Positions 1 through 12,592 of a stretch of DNA of 64,000 nucleotides are shown here, in pieces (the stretch's first letter is position 1; each line of letters starts with the position of its first letter). Origin of the DNA: Vezdaea acicularis (taxonomy: Eukaryota); contig JAPEUI010000013.1 in assembly GCA_026025075.1 (NCBI GenBank), forward strand, positions 1 through 64,000. The letters run 5' to 3'. The notes under the pieces were generated by a model. The model worked only from the letters and a program-made list of their open reading frames with translations, was not told the origin of the DNA and searched no databases. A program made the translations under genes and the position numbers.

Positions 1-465
1 GGCTCCGGTGGCGCAGGCTCGAACGGCGGGGCGACCGGCCCCAACAAAGCCGCCATCGGCGCCGGCGTCGCCGCCGCCTTCCTCTTCTGCTGCTGCATCT
101 ACCTCGCCTTCTGCGCCTACATCTACCGCCGCCAAGTCCAGATGTACCGCCGACACCTCCTTCTCACACAACAGCACCATGCCAACATGACCGCGGGCGC
201 GCACGAGAAAGACGCCTTTCTGGCCAGTAAAGGCTTGAGTAGCACCGAGAGCAGTACGCCCCGCGGTAGAAGTAGAGAGGATGGAGGCGCTGGAGCTGAT
301 GGCGTGGGTGCGTCAGCAGGAGATGGGAGTGGCCTAGGTTATGCGGGCGCCGGCGGTATGGCGGGGACGGGCGACGACGAGGATCTGCTTCGCGGGAGAG
401 AACCCACTTTCGTCGGGGTCCTGCTCAGTCCAAGAAGGAGTCTTCGGGTTATTAATCGCGATTAA
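1..465 (+). CDS. 3' end of a single-pass membrane protein (5' part lies outside the window; possibly a kelch/galactose-oxidase-type surface protein)
   Basis: Frame 1 is open from base 1. It reads G/S linker, hydrophobic helix (AAIGAGVAAAFLFCCCIYLAFCAYIY), basic stop-transfer RR, and a tail ending EPTFVGVLLSPRRSLRVINRD*. Third codon positions are strongly GC-rich. The kelch assignment is recalled from similar C-termini and is not visible here. Confidence 0.7.
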   Translation, partial: GSGGAGSNGGATGPNKAAIGAGVAAAFLFCCCIYLAFCAYIYRRQVQMYRRHLLLTQQHHANMTAGAHEKDAFLASKGLSSTESSTPRGRSREDGGAGADGVGASAGDGSGLGYAGAGGMAGTGDDEDLLRGREPTFVGVLLSPRRSLRVINRD

Positions 466-499
466 ACACGCTTCCATCTGCAGTGTCTCCTGAGAAGAA

Positions 500-1140
500 G
501 GGGGTCTCTGGGGCCTGCGGGGGGGTAAGGGGATGGGAATGGGGAGGATGCGCGGAGGATGAATACCCCGGCTTTTTTTTTTGGAGGTGGTGACGCGTTA
601 CGAGTATGATACCTGGGAGCGAAGGCGTTGGCGGTTTGGCTTTCTCCCCCCCTTTTTTTCTACTTTTTTTTTTTGAAGAGAAAAGAAACATACGGTCTCT
701 TTCCTTCAGAAGATGAACATAAATATAGAACAGCAGGCGGAAACACTCGTTTTGCGAACCCCCCCCCCGCGTGGATAGACGGGGTAGGAGAAGTGGGGAA
801 GTGGGGAAGTCGGGGGTAGGTATATACGTTTTCAGCGGGCCGGGGAGGGCCGGGGAGGGAAGTGGGATGGGAAGGGCTGGGGTGGGGTGGGGTGGGGAAT
901 GATACCACCGAATACTTCTATAATAAAAATAAAACGTATATGGTTAAGACCGCTGCATCTAGTCGTGGTGATGGTGATGACGGTAGTGTCGTGACGATGA
1001 CTACTGTAGTCGCGGTGGATGTAAACAGTAACAGTAGCAGTAGCAGTAGCAGTAGCAGAGGAAGAGGAAGAGACGAAGGAGGAAGAGAAGAAGAGAAAGA
1101 GAGACAGAAGGGAGGAAGAGGGAGAGGGGGGGGGTTGTAT
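500..1140. repeat. Low-complexity intergenic tract: G-runs, T/A-runs, (AGTAGC)n microsatellite at ~1024-1057 and GA-rich purine tract
   Basis: Directly visible, e.g. ggggtggggtggggtgggg near 880-898 and agtagcagtagcagtagcagtagc. Confidence 0.85.
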
Positions 1141-2151
1141 CCTCCAACTCATAGACCAAGCCCCCTACATATTCCAGAGGGTACGAGGATCTACAAGCAC
1201 GGACATACAGGGAGTGGAGGTGAGTAGACGATTGTGCAAGATGTGTGAAATATATCTGCATTTCCTCTCACTATCTGCTCTTGCAGTCTACAAGATCTAT
1301 ATCTCACGCCAGTACCAGTGCGGTGTGAAAAGCTACAATTCCCTCCCCCCGTTCTCTCTCCGCTCGCATCCCATCTCTCCATTCCAACTTCACATATTCT
1401 CATATACATCCACTCCACCCCCTCCTCCCTCCTCGGCAAAAAGAGGAACCCCAGCCAGAAGAAACCCCACCCTCGTGGCTATCAATCATCGAGATGACGG
1501 CTTTCTCATATGCCGAAACTCCTGGATCTTCCCCATCTTCCATCCATCAACGAAGCCAACAAAAAAGAGAGAGACGCAAAGAAAAAGAAAGAGCGCGAGA
1601 ACGGTTCGACCACGAGCCGAAGGCGCGGGTGGGTGACGAGATTCATTAGCAGCAGCGGCGACGGCAGGGGGGGGAGCAAGCTCTATGCCGGTGATGAGAG
1701 TTGATATGAGAGAAAAGAGAGGAAAAAAGAAAAACGCAATGGTAAGCCACCGATCCCCACGCTCAAAATGCTCGCCAGGAGGACACGCAAGAGAAGGGAG
1801 AGAAAAAAAGACCAAGAGGAAGGAGCGAGGCAGAAAAAAATAATAAAGACGCAAGTGTTGGTAAACAGGAAACCCGAAGCACGCTTCCACCGCCAGGGAA
1901 CGGAAGGGAGGAAGAAAAGAGAAGTGGAGGGAAAGGAAAGGGAAAAAAACAAGGGCTTGCTATGAGAGGGATGGATGAAAAGGGAGAGTTATATGCACGT
2001 AATGGGAATGCAAAATGCCGACCGACCGTCCCGCCCGAACTCAAGGAGAGGAGGAATGTACAGTCGCCGCAGTCTCTAACCCCCTTGGGTCATCTCGTCT
2101 ATAGACACATGTTTATATACCACGTAGTCGCCCACTTTCAGTGGGCTACGA

Positions 2152-4521
2152 CTACCGGCCGCCACCTAGGTTCAACCAGCTCATGTCTTCGTACCTGGTC
2201 GTCCCGAGTTCGCGCTCACTCCGCTCTCGCTGCCAGTCGCCCACGCCAGAGACCGTCACGCCGGGGCCGCGCTGCGGAAACACGCCGTTCCCGAGCGCAT
2301 CGCTATCTCTGCCGCGCCCGTCGCCAGCTTGCGGAAACATGGTATTCGTGCTATCGCGGCCCACCGCGCCGTTGGCAGAGCGCGTAAAGGCGCTGTTCCG
2401 CGGCGCGGACTCGAGGGTGTAGATGGAGCTTGTAGCGCGCTGGTGTTGTTGGGGGGGGAGGGGATGGTTGGAGGAGGCGGGTGGTGTTGTTGTTGTAGTG
2501 GCGTGAGAGGAGAGGGTGTTGGAGGACTGCCAGGCCTTGCCGTTGTTGCCCATGGGCGACCAGGTGGGGTCGTCGTGGATGCTGGCTGGGATGCCGGAGG
2601 AGAAGGCGTCGTCTCGATCGCGGCTGAACGAGCTGACGCTGGACGCAGCGGAGGAATGGCGACGCGGGATATGTGCCGTAGGCATGGGCGCCGCGGTCCC
2701 GCGCTTCGGCGAGGAGTAAGGGTCGATTTTCACGTCGTGTGTGGGCAGCGGAATCTGCTCGTGGCTTGCGTGGGTGAGGTAGGTTTGGCTTTCGTGGGAG
2801 GAGTTGGAGCGGGTGGAGTGCGAGTGCGCGAGGTTCGTGGCTGATGTCCCGCCGGAGAAGTATCGTGACCAGCCCGAGCTGCGCTGCTTGCCAGAGCCGT
2901 CGGCGTTCGTGGTACGAGCCTTGTATCCCGCCACTGGGGAGGGAGCAAACTGGACACCTTTCTCGTCACCCGCGCCGACACCCAGCTTCTGCTGTTCGTG
3001 CATTTGGAGTTCTTGGGGGGCCTGCGGGCTGCGGCCGCCACGGACTTTGTCGAAGAGACCGCGCCGGTTGTGTCCTTGGCCTGCGCGGCCGGTCATGATG
3101 GAGATGGAGCTGGCGCTCAGGATGGAGTTGCGGCCGTAGCGGGTGCGGTTAGGGGGCATGTAGCCACCGGCTTCGCTCATGAAGCTGGCGCCGCGGTCGG
3201 CGAAGGAGAGGCGGTCTTTATCGTCGCGCATGAGGTTACTTGCACGACGTTGATGACCCGCGGCGATGTGGGCTTGTTTTCGATGGCGCCATTTGAGGCA
3301 GTAGAGGATGGCTACGAGAAGGAGGATGACGCCAACAACGGCCCCGAGGACCGCACCGAGGATTTGCATCGATTGATGTTTGATCTCTGCATTGGATTCT
3401 GCATCAGATGTGGAGGATGCTACAGCTGATGATGTTGGGGTAGAAGAAGGTTGTAGGGTTACGACACTAGGGTCGCCGGTGCTTTGGATCGTAGCTTGGC
3501 CGTTGAAGAACTGTGTGGTATTTACCCAGGAGTTTTCCGTAGTGTTGAATATCTCGATTGGGTTCTTGTCGTCGCCGCCAGCCAGTACCACCAGTCCGTC
3601 GGTATCCTGAGCTAACGAGAAGCCTGTCCGCGTTGTCGAAGGGGCATTTGTGCCGTTATAAGTCGGCCAATTAGCGACCGTCAGGTCCCGTTTTCTCCTT
3701 TTCGCGGGTGGAGGATTTGAGCCTCTTCGTTTTATATGTCGTTCTTTATGTGGTGAAGAAGACTGACTTGGTGCAGGCGGCTTCCCTCCAGCGTCTTGCA
3801 GTACCACTCTATCGACGGTGTTGGGGGTAGCGCTCATATCGAAGGCTTGCAAGACCGTGCTATTATCGTCCCCATGAACAATGGTAGCTTGGACCTTAGC
3901 TCTGTCCGGTATAGGTTTGTCAAGAGAGGCGCCAAGGTTATTCCATCCACTCTCTGGTGAGAAAAGATACACCCCCTTCTCGGTCGGACTACCACCAAAA
4001 AGAGCTGCGTGGCTGTCATTGAAGGGAAGTAGTTGAGGCGCCACGAGAGGAGGGTTTGCCTTCGAGACGTATGAGGTGGCAATATATGGTTCGGTGATAG
4101 GGATGCAAAAAGTTTGGGATGAAGGTCCAGTGGTGCCGTCTTGGGAGCCCGCATAGACTAAGATCTTTCCGGGCGAGTCGAGGTATGTGGCAGCATGATT
4201 CGTCCGGTTCGCTGTGACCTTGGTGACTAATGGGACGGTACTCCAAGCTTTCTTTCTAAATGAATACAACTGGAGTCCGGTATAGTCACTCTCAGTCGCA
4301 TTCGAGATACCGCCGACGACGTACATCGCTTCGTCGTCTTTCGTTATAGCTAGCACGCAGCTAGCACCCGTGGCGGACACACCCATATCTAATTGCGACC
4401 ATTTCCCTCCTTCCTTCATATCCAACGACTGGAAAGCATCAGGTGAGTATACGTAAAGAGTGTGGTCATAGATGACAGAGCATTGGTTGCTCATTGGCAC
4501 CAACGGTGCTGGCGCCGCCAT
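2152..4521 (-). CDS. Kelch/beta-propeller-like single-pass membrane protein (789 aa from first ATG)
   Basis: Intronless ORF with first ATG at 4521 (MAAPAPLVP...). It has kelch-like blades (MYVVGG, ILVYAG, AALFGG, VVLAGG), an S/T-rich stalk, a TM helix (ILGAVLGAVVGVILLLVAILYCL) followed by KWRHRK, and a long disordered tail ending MSWLNLGGGR. Confidence 0.8.
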   Translation of the reverse strand: MAAPAPLVPMSNQCSVIYDHTLYVYSPDAFQSLDMKEGGKWSQLDMGVSATGASCVLAITKDDEAMYVVGGISNATESDYTGLQLYSFRKKAWSTVPLVTKVTANRTNHAATYLDSPGKILVYAGSQDGTTGPSSQTFCIPITEPYIATSYVSKANPPLVAPQLLPFNDSHAALFGGSPTEKGVYLFSPESGWNNLGASLDKPIPDRAKVQATIVHGDDNSTVLQAFDMSATPNTVDRVVLQDAGGKPPAPSQSSSPHKERHIKRRGSNPPPAKRRKRDLTVANWPTYNGTNAPSTTRTGFSLAQDTDGLVVLAGGDDKNPIEIFNTTENSWVNTTQFFNGQATIQSTGDPSVVTLQPSSTPTSSAVASSTSDAESNAEIKHQSMQILGAVLGAVVGVILLLVAILYCLKWRHRKQAHIAAGHQRRASNLMRDDKDRLSFADRGASFMSEAGGYMPPNRTRYGRNSILSASSISIMTGRAGQGHNRRGLFDKVRGGRSPQAPQELQMHEQQKLGVGAGDEKGVQFAPSPVAGYKARTTNADGSGKQRSSGWSRYFSGGTSATNLAHSHSTRSNSSHESQTYLTHASHEQIPLPTHDVKIDPYSSPKRGTAAPMPTAHIPRRHSSAASSVSSFSRDRDDAFSSGIPASIHDDPTWSPMGNNGKAWQSSNTLSSHATTTTTPPASSNHPLPPQQHQRATSSIYTLESAPRNSAFTRSANGAVGRDSTNTMFPQAGDGRGRDSDALGNGVFPQRGPGVTVSGVGDWQRERSERELGTTRYEDMSWLNLGGGR

Positions 4522-7353
4522 TGCGCTGTTTGTTTCCGCCTCAGCGAGAGAGATGCTCGAGAAAAGACAGAATGGAGTGTTCAAAAAGAGTGTTGGCCGA
4601 TCTTAAAGGCTGGCCGGCCTGTCCAGTTGAGGGTTCGAGAAGAGTGAGGTCAAGGAAGAACGGTTGGTCTCATATTTCGTTGACTGCGGTTTCGTATTTG
4701 TGAGCTTCGTGTGTGGAGAAGTCCGGGGAGACTGCATGCAAGAGAGAGAACCGATCTGCGTTCGAGACGTCTGCTTCCTCTCGTTGTACAAGACAATTGA
4801 CGCCAGGTGACCGAGTCGGATTTGGCAGGTGTCTGGCACTCCCCGAGCGCTGCGGTCACGACCTTACAAATCCACCTGTACGCCTTTTCAGTGCGAATTT
4901 TTCCTCCTCTGCTTCGACGAGTAAACCTTTCCAGCTCGTTCTGGTGCCGTCAGTGTTGCATATCGTTGTGAACGTCTGAGTCGTCTTTCGTGCGCTGCAG
5001 GCGTCGTTGGTTGCCCCCCTGACCGGCGTTTGTTGTATGTCGCTTCGACCGAGGCGAAGCGAGCGCCCAAAATTCGTGAATGAGAGCAGCAAGTGTCAGT
5101 AGCTAATCGTGAGTCAAATTGAAACAGCGAGAGAGTGTCGCGATGTGATCGCACGGCGAAAGAAGAGAATTGGAGTCAGAAAGCGGCCAGCGAGCGTGGT
5201 GATGGTGGTGTTCGGGAAGAGGAAAAGATGAAACGCGGGAGAGTCGCCTGGTTCTCACGTCCACTTCGCTTGGGGTTGAGCGACTGCGTTTAGTCGTCCA
5301 CACCAACGGCCACAAGCGTGACAAGCAGTCGTAGTCTGAGCCCTCCTCGCCACGAAGAATTCGACGGGGCAATTCTGCACGGAACGAAGTTGACCGGATC
5401 CGGCAGCTGGTGCGAAAGGTTGTGCGTGGCCGGATGAGTGGCGAAAGTAAGGTTGGGGGACACTCTACTCTCAGTGGAAAAAAAGGGTTGCTTGAAGAAG
5501 CAACGAGGACGAGGCCAATGGGGCGTGATGGTTTGCAAGGTCCCTCTCTCTCCTCCGCTCTCTCTTACAATAAAGCCACCGCCTGCAGCGCCGTGACACC
5601 AGCCTTCTTCTGCTGGCGATTGCTGATTGCTCGCTCTATCGCGTCGTGCTCGTGGCGGCCAGGCAAAGGAGATTGAGGAGGAGGCTTGTTCGGCTGAACG
5701 GCCTGCTTCTGGGATTGAAGACAGGATCAAATTCTGGATGTTCCCCCGTCCGGCGGCGTGCAGGAGGCTCGTTCTTCCTGCAGAATGGGCGCAGCACGTT
5801 TTTGCGTCGGTCCGGTCGAGGCGTCGCTGAGCGATCTGGCTTTCGTTCAAACGGGCTTGGAACTAAAGGGCGATGGTGGTGTTGCTATTCCAGCTGGGCA
5901 CAAGGCGCAAGGTTTGATCCAAGCGTGCGATGGATCTGCCGTGGATGAAATCAGCCGGCGACGGGTTGATGGGATGAAGCCCAGGCAGAATGCCACACGG
6001 CTGGGTCGCGGGGACGGCTCGAATCTGGGGGAGGCGGCTTCAATGGAGGAAGACAGGACGGGCTCGTCCAAGGAATATCGTAGGCGAAGGAATCAATTCG
6101 CCGCTTAGTCGACTATCGTCCGTCAGGTCGTCCTTGGCCGGCGTGGTGAGGGGTCAATCCTTCAGCGACGGCTGCGTCCACCGGGCGGTCCTCCGATAAT
6201 AAGATGATGGCTTTGCGCACGGTTCTGGCTGCGATCGGGAGGCAATTGGGGGAGGGGAAGCTTGATGCTCGAGCGGGGTGACTTCTGACGAGGCAGCCAG
6301 TCGCAAATCAATTCCACAGCGTTCAGCACGATAAGAGCGATACAGCTTGATGCATTCAGACATGTCACAGCTTACTCTACACAAGATGCTCAATAGAAAG
6401 CCTACCCACGTCGGTGCGGCGTGGCGCCGTGCAACCATGGAGAATCCAGGCTCTCCGATGCAGACGTCGCTGAAAGCGTAGCTCGGTGATGCAGCTCCCA
6501 TCACACGATTCCCGTGCATCCTCCACCGTCGTCGTGTTCATCCTGACAGCGCTTCCCCTCCTCCACCAGCAGCGTCAGGCATCAACAGTATAGGAAGACG
6601 GGCAAGATGGAGATGGGGATGGGGAATGGCGATGGCCTCAGAAACACCAGTCCCACGCTTGGGGGTCGCTCGGCGGCAACCGTGGTCGGCCCATCGCTTC
6701 GATCCGGCTCTGGCTCGGGGCAGAAGGGGCAGAAGGGGCAAGGAAGAGAAGTGGAAGGGCGGTGGTGGTGGTGGTCGGGCAAGCGAGGTCCGCTCAGGGG
6801 TATCGCCGCTTAGCGCCAAAGCTTAGCGTCGTCGGTTTCAGGGACGCGCCCCTTTTCATTGGCCGCGCCCCTGCGCGACGTGGGAGCTTCGGGCGCCAAG
6901 AGGCCCATTGAGAGACCGCCCTTCGCTCCGACTGCTTTTCCGGCCTCCGAGATCGAGGGTCTCTCCACCAAAAGCCTCATCGCCGCCGCTGTTGCGCTTG
7001 TGTCGCAGATCTGTCCATATGACCCGGTGCAAGTTGAAGCTGTCTTCCTGAACGACCAGCGAGCAGCCGGCGAGCGGTGTTGCCAGCTGCCCCCTTGGTC
7101 GGCGGCAAGCTGTAGCACCAGTCGAGCAAAGGGGCGACGTGCTCTGCCTCGTATTACTCCCCCGTCGACTTCTTCTGTTTGAGAATCCGAGGCCTCGCGC
7201 CATTCCGCAGCGCAAGGAAAGTGCACAACGGTAGTGTACAACGCCGAAAGGCGCCCAGCTGGTGACAGACCGAAGTATCGAAACCGAGCGGCTCAACCTC
7301 CATCACATCCCCATCACATCCTCTATCGAAGCGCGCGTCAGCTCATCACGCCT

Positions 7354-7392
7354 GCCCCTCCCCTCTCCCCTCTCCCCTCTCCCCTCCCCTCT
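7354..7392. repeat. Pyrimidine microsatellite (CCCCTCT)n
   Basis: cccctcccctctcccctctcccctctcccctcccctct is visible directly. Confidence 0.8.
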
Positions 7393-8380
7393 TGATGATA
7401 CGTAGAAGTCTATGGAAACCTTCTGGCTCACTTTCCCGAACGTTGTTGCGGCGAAAAGGTTTGATGTTCTTGGGGGCGCCTATGCTGCTCGCGTTCCTAT
7501 GCGGCACCAATCCCCATACGCGCCTGCCATTGTCTCAGACTCACCGCCTGCAAGAGTTGTGGGCGGGTCGGAGTATGCGCTCCGCTGTGGACGGAAAATC
7601 GCAGGTTGATACGAGTTTGAGAGGTAGTTGTGAGATTTTGGATTCTAATGCGCCGTATGGCTGTTGGGGGTTGGGATGATTTTGAAGAAAAAGCGTTGGG
7701 CTTTAATTCTCGCGTCTGTATTCACATTGCGGGGAACCTCATGCCCAATCAGGTACAGTGTGGTTGGATCGCACGATGTGATCAGGGGCCGGTCCTTCGG
7801 CTTAGCCTCATCTCTTCATAAATATCACCCTACACTGAGCCTACAGTTGAGCGCTGTACGACAGCTTTCACTTCACTCCTTCCATCATTCTCCGTCTCTA
7901 ATTCCTTGATGCGCCTATCATGTGATTTTCGAGCTCCACGCTACTGTATTAGGGCTTATTCTTGCTCTGGCGAGGCATAACCCGAGTATTCCGGAGTGAT
8001 GCTTCGGTAAAGAAGGTGGGTCCCGGAATGCGCAGGGTTCTTGGCAGATGGGGCATCGTGGCGGCTGCTGGGAGACGTGAACTTCTTGCTTTTGTCTACA
8101 AGGTGCCTTCACGGGTATGGAGCATGGTCGCAGAAGTTCGTGCAGATCCAAGTCCTGGGGTAAAAGCCCCCAACTTGTGGTTTAGGTCATGGGTAATGTT
8201 CACGTAGATCGGCAATCGGACGATGGATTTTCCCTAAACGCTATGCCTTCCAGCCCATTCCATAGCCTCAAGTAACAGATTCTTCCCCGATTCGCACTCT
8301 TCGGTATCTGCTAGTTTTCTGGTGATACACTCCGAACTTACAAACTCCCACCCGCCCATTTCCCCCTGTCTTCAATACGC

Positions 8381-10484
8381 TCATCCTTTCCCCGTGACCT
8401 CCCCATCCTTCGATTTCTTCCAGTCATGCGCCATACTGAGCAACTTGGCCATATTCGCCGCCTGTTGGTCATCCGCAGGGAAGATGTAGTCCACGTACTC
8501 CTCAAAGCTATCATCGTCCAACCTCCTCCGCTTCTTAACGCGCCTCGGCATCTGATCCTCGACTTGCTTGATAGAGTCGGGTGTCCCATGGGTGCGCTCG
8601 AAAGAAAGATGTGCGTTAAGAAGGGCAACCCGTTCCTCTTTCATAGACTTGGCTTGGAAGCGTTTGCTCGCGCGTTCGAAGATGGTGCGAGCACGAGCCT
8701 TGGCCGCATCGCTGATGGGCTTTTCTTCCTCTTCATCCTCTTCTGCATCTTGCTCCTCTTCCTCGGAGTCCGGCACGTTGATCTCGAAGAGGGCGTAGCT
8801 GATCCAGACCTTGACGTGGTCGGTCTTGTCAAGGAGGCGTTCGTACAGGGCGCGAGTGCGCTCGTATTCCCCTTCTTCTTCCTCAAAGTCGATGTAGGCT
8901 TTCCACACCAGTTCGGGCATGTCGAGCATCGGTTGCTCGATCGCAAGCTCGTATATGGCTCGTGCGCGCTCGAAGTCTTCGAGCCCGCGTTCCAGTTCGG
9001 CGAACTCAATCCACGCTCGACTATTGGCTGGGTTCCACTCAATGTGCTTCTCATATAGAGTACGACATCTGACAAATTCATATAGTTTACGCTCCAGCGC
9101 GATGTAGCCTTTGAACAGCTTGTCCTTGGGGCAGAGGCCTATGGCTTGGCCAAGTGTTTTACGAGCGGCCTGGAGTTGCTGCTGCCGAATCTCAAATTCT
9201 GCCTTGAGCAGCCAGATCTTTCCGAAGGTGAACCGTTTATGTGGGATAAGCTTGAGGCATTCTTGATAGATTTGGCGCGAGCGTGAGGCATCCCCAGCAT
9301 CCATCTCTTCCCATAGGGCGTAGAAGACCCAAAGGTAAATGTACCGCCGCCAATGCCGCTTTTCCTGTGTGGGCGGGATCTGGGCAATAGCGCGTTCGTA
9401 GACGTCGCGGACGCGGTCGAAATCACCAGAGCTTTCCTCAAGCCGGGCGTAATCAAACCAGATGTCGTAGTTCTTGGGGTTTTCTTTGAGCTGTTCTTCG
9501 TACTGGACTCGGCGTTTTGAAAGGATGACCTCTTCGACGCCTTCACGATCGCCGAACTGTTTCTCGAAGGTTGTGTAGGCTTTATGTAATATCATCGCCT
9601 TGGAGCGGGGAAGTCTGTCCAGAGCATACTTGTAGATAGAGCGCGCTCGTTCGTATTCCTTGAGCTTAGCTTCGTACCGAGCGTAAGCTATGAAGAGCTT
9701 CTCGTCCATGAAGTCGTCTCCAAGAGTCTCGATTGCTACACCAAAGACTTCTCGCACGAGCTCGCTAGTACCATTCTCTTCTTCGAAACGTGCCCATTTG
9801 ATCCAGTTTCGGGGCTCTGGGTGGACGGCTGTGAATCTCTCGAAGATAGCCCGTGCTCTTGAAAACTCGTTATACCTCTTCTCCATCTTGATGTACGCGC
9901 TCCACGCAGCTTCTTCTGGCTCCCAACTCATCCATCTTTCGTACACTTGGCGTGTCCCTGGTATATTCCCAAGCGTCTCCTCCATGTATACGTATTTATA
10001 CCACAGCTTGTCTATACGGGGAAGGATTGTGACAGCTCTATCAAGCAGATTTCGAGCATGGTTGATATTTCTTGTCTTCATCTCCGCTTCTATGTAACGA
10101 ATCCAAAGTACGACAGAAGTCGAATCAACGTCTAAAGCGCGCTCAAATACGGACCGAGCCCTAATAAAGATCTCAGTAAACCGTGGGAAACGACATGGGG
10201 CATGGCGCAGCATACCTTCTGAATTCTTTCTGTTCCAGCTCCCACTGCGCATAGCGCATCCAGTTGTTCATATTTATCCTGTTTCTCCGCACATAGTCCT
10301 CAAACTCCTTCCTTTTCCTCCCTTGGAATTCATGGAGCTCCTCGAGATCGGCGAAACGCTGAGTCGGGGCCTGGAGACCTGGCTCTTGACGGTCAACTGC
10401 TTCTCTAAGGAGTTGCTCCGCGCTGATCTGAACAGGCGCGGGCGCCTTGTTCTTGACCCTCGGGGGCCCTCTTGTCGCCTCCAT
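8381..10484 (-). CDS. CLF1: Pre-mRNA splicing factor Clf1/crooked neck (HAT-repeat NTC component); exons 10484-10216 and 10160-8381
   Basis: N-terminus [21 protein letters not shown], many HAT repeats ([18 protein letters not shown]) and C-terminal [12 protein letters not shown] 55-nt GTATGC...TAG intron (10215-10161) joins EFRR/ARS in frame. Confidence 0.97.
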
Positions 10485-10735
10485 CGTGTTGTAAGTCTAG
10501 AGTGATATGTAGGCCTAGAAGAGTTGCTTGAAGTTCGTTATATATGTTACGCTAATGGGAATAGGCATCACTACGGTAGCCGAAGCGATGAAATTCTGCA
10601 ATGACGCGACAAAACGAAAAGCGCGATCCGACTTTGAAGCTCCATATGATCACGTACTCCACATGGCTCTGTCTTCTCCCTAGCCAACGCCAAGTCAAAA
10701 CCTCCTACACTTAACAGCGCCCCTTTTAGAGCAAA

Positions 10736-12592
10736 ATGTCCTCTCTCGCAGAGGAACTACTGCAAGATTTCGAAGATTCAGGCTCAGATGATCATGATGA
10801 AGGGCAGAACGGAACTATGGAGATTGATGGTGACGAAGAGGGGTTTGGTGATGAGGATGAGAAGATGGGAAATGGCGATGATGCCAACGGGGCTACAATA
10901 GAAGCCGATGATGAGGAGGAAGCTAAAGCCAAAGTCGAAAAGATGGATCTGGGGCATGTGGATGATGTTCGAAGCGTAGCAGGCTTGATGAAGACACTAG
11001 AGCCGGTCTTGCAGGTTAGTACATCACTCCTAAGGAGCGCATATAAGGCATAGTTTACATCTACTCTGGAAAGTAGCCCTGACTGTTATCGTACCGTGCT
11101 GCAGAAAATCGAACATTACCAATCCCTTCCACCGGAGAAGAAAGCAGCAAACGTCGGATCCATGGAAGACAATCCGGAATACAATCTCCTTACTCAAGCA
11201 AATACACTCTCCACATCTATCGACAACGAGATCATTCTAGTCCACAAGTTCATTCGGGATCACTACTCGATACGATTCCCAGAGCTTGAAACCCTCATCT
11301 CGAATCCACTCGACTATGCCAAGTCTGTCGCGATTATCGGTAATGGGCCCATGGATAACGTGCAAGGTCTCTCCACATCGACTGAAAACCTCGTCGGCAC
11401 GTCACTGAAATCGGTGCTCGACGGTCCTTCCCTGATGGTAGTTACTGTAGAAGCAACTACAACAAGAGGCCGTGACCTCACGCCTGCAGAACTCTCGCGT
11501 ATCCTCCGTGCTTGCGAGATGACACTATCCCTTGATCGAGCCAAGCGCGTTCTGACCAACTATGTTCAGTCACGCATGAATGTTTTTGCTCCCAATCTCA
11601 CGGCTCTGATCGGCTCCTTGACTGCTGCTCAACTTATCAATTTCGCTGGTGGAATCACAGGCCTCTCCAAAACACCCGCTTGCAACCTCGCTCCACTGGG
11701 CTCAAAGAAGCAAGCACAATCCGGCTTTGCTACGAACGTTGGTCTGCGCCATCAAGGGTTCCTATACAATTCCCCTATCATACGGGGCATACCTGCAGAT
11801 CTCAAACGGCAAGCCCTTCGTATTGTGTCTGCAAAAGTAGTGCTTGCAGCTCGTACAGATAGGGTCCACAGCTCTCCTGATGGGTCGGACGGCGAACAAC
11901 TGAAAGCTGCATGTCTGCAAAGGCTAGAGAAGCTTACTGAGCCACCTCCAAATAAGGGTCCTCGTGCTTTGCCTGCACCAGACGACAAGCCAGCAAGAAA
12001 GCGAGGCGGTCGAAGGGCTAGAAAAGCTAAAGAAGCAACGGCTATGACAGATCTTCGAAAAGCACAGAACAGAATGGCGTTCGGTAAGGAAGAGAAGGAA
12101 GTTGGATATGGCACAGGAGAAAGTACCAAAGGAATGGGAATGATTGGCCAGGCAAATGAAGGACGCATACGTGCACTGCAGGTGGACAGTCGAACCAGAG
12201 CCAAGCTTTCGAAGAACAGCAAAGGATGGGGGGGTGCTACAACCACAGGCACTGCCTCATCCTTGCGTGGATTTGGTCAAGGTGGAGCAAGCACGAGTCT
12301 AAGGCCTGGACTGGGCGGTCTTAGGACTACTGGGGTGGGCAGTATCGGTGGAACTTCTGGCATTGCTAGTTCTATCGCTTTCACGCCTGTTCAAGGCTTA
12401 GAGCTGGTTGACCCAAAGATTCAAGCAGAGCTAGGAAGGAAGCGAAAAGCGGAAGAAGATCGGTGGTTCAAAGGAGGGACTTTTACGAATGTTGGAGCCA
12501 AGGAAGGCACAAACGGAGACTTTAAGGTTCCTGCACTTCCTGCAAAGAAACAAAAGACCGAAGTTGGCACGATGGGCCCGCCACCCAGCTAA
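10736..12592 (+). CDS. PRP31: U4/U6 snRNP splicing factor Prp31; exons 10736-11014 and 11105-12592
   Basis: NOSIC/Nop motifs (IHKFIRDHY-like VHKFIRDHYSIRFPELETLI, FAPNLTALIG) and Prp31 C-terminal KRGGRRARKAKE...RKAQNRMAFG, SSIAFTPVQGLEL. Phase-0 GTTAGT...CAG intron at 11015-11104. Confidence 0.96.

Noticed and set aside
4600..8330. Many 60-190 aa ORFs upstream of the kelch-like gene
   Set aside because: They overlap on both strands and show no motifs or consistent codon bias. This is GC-rich intergenic/UTR sequence.
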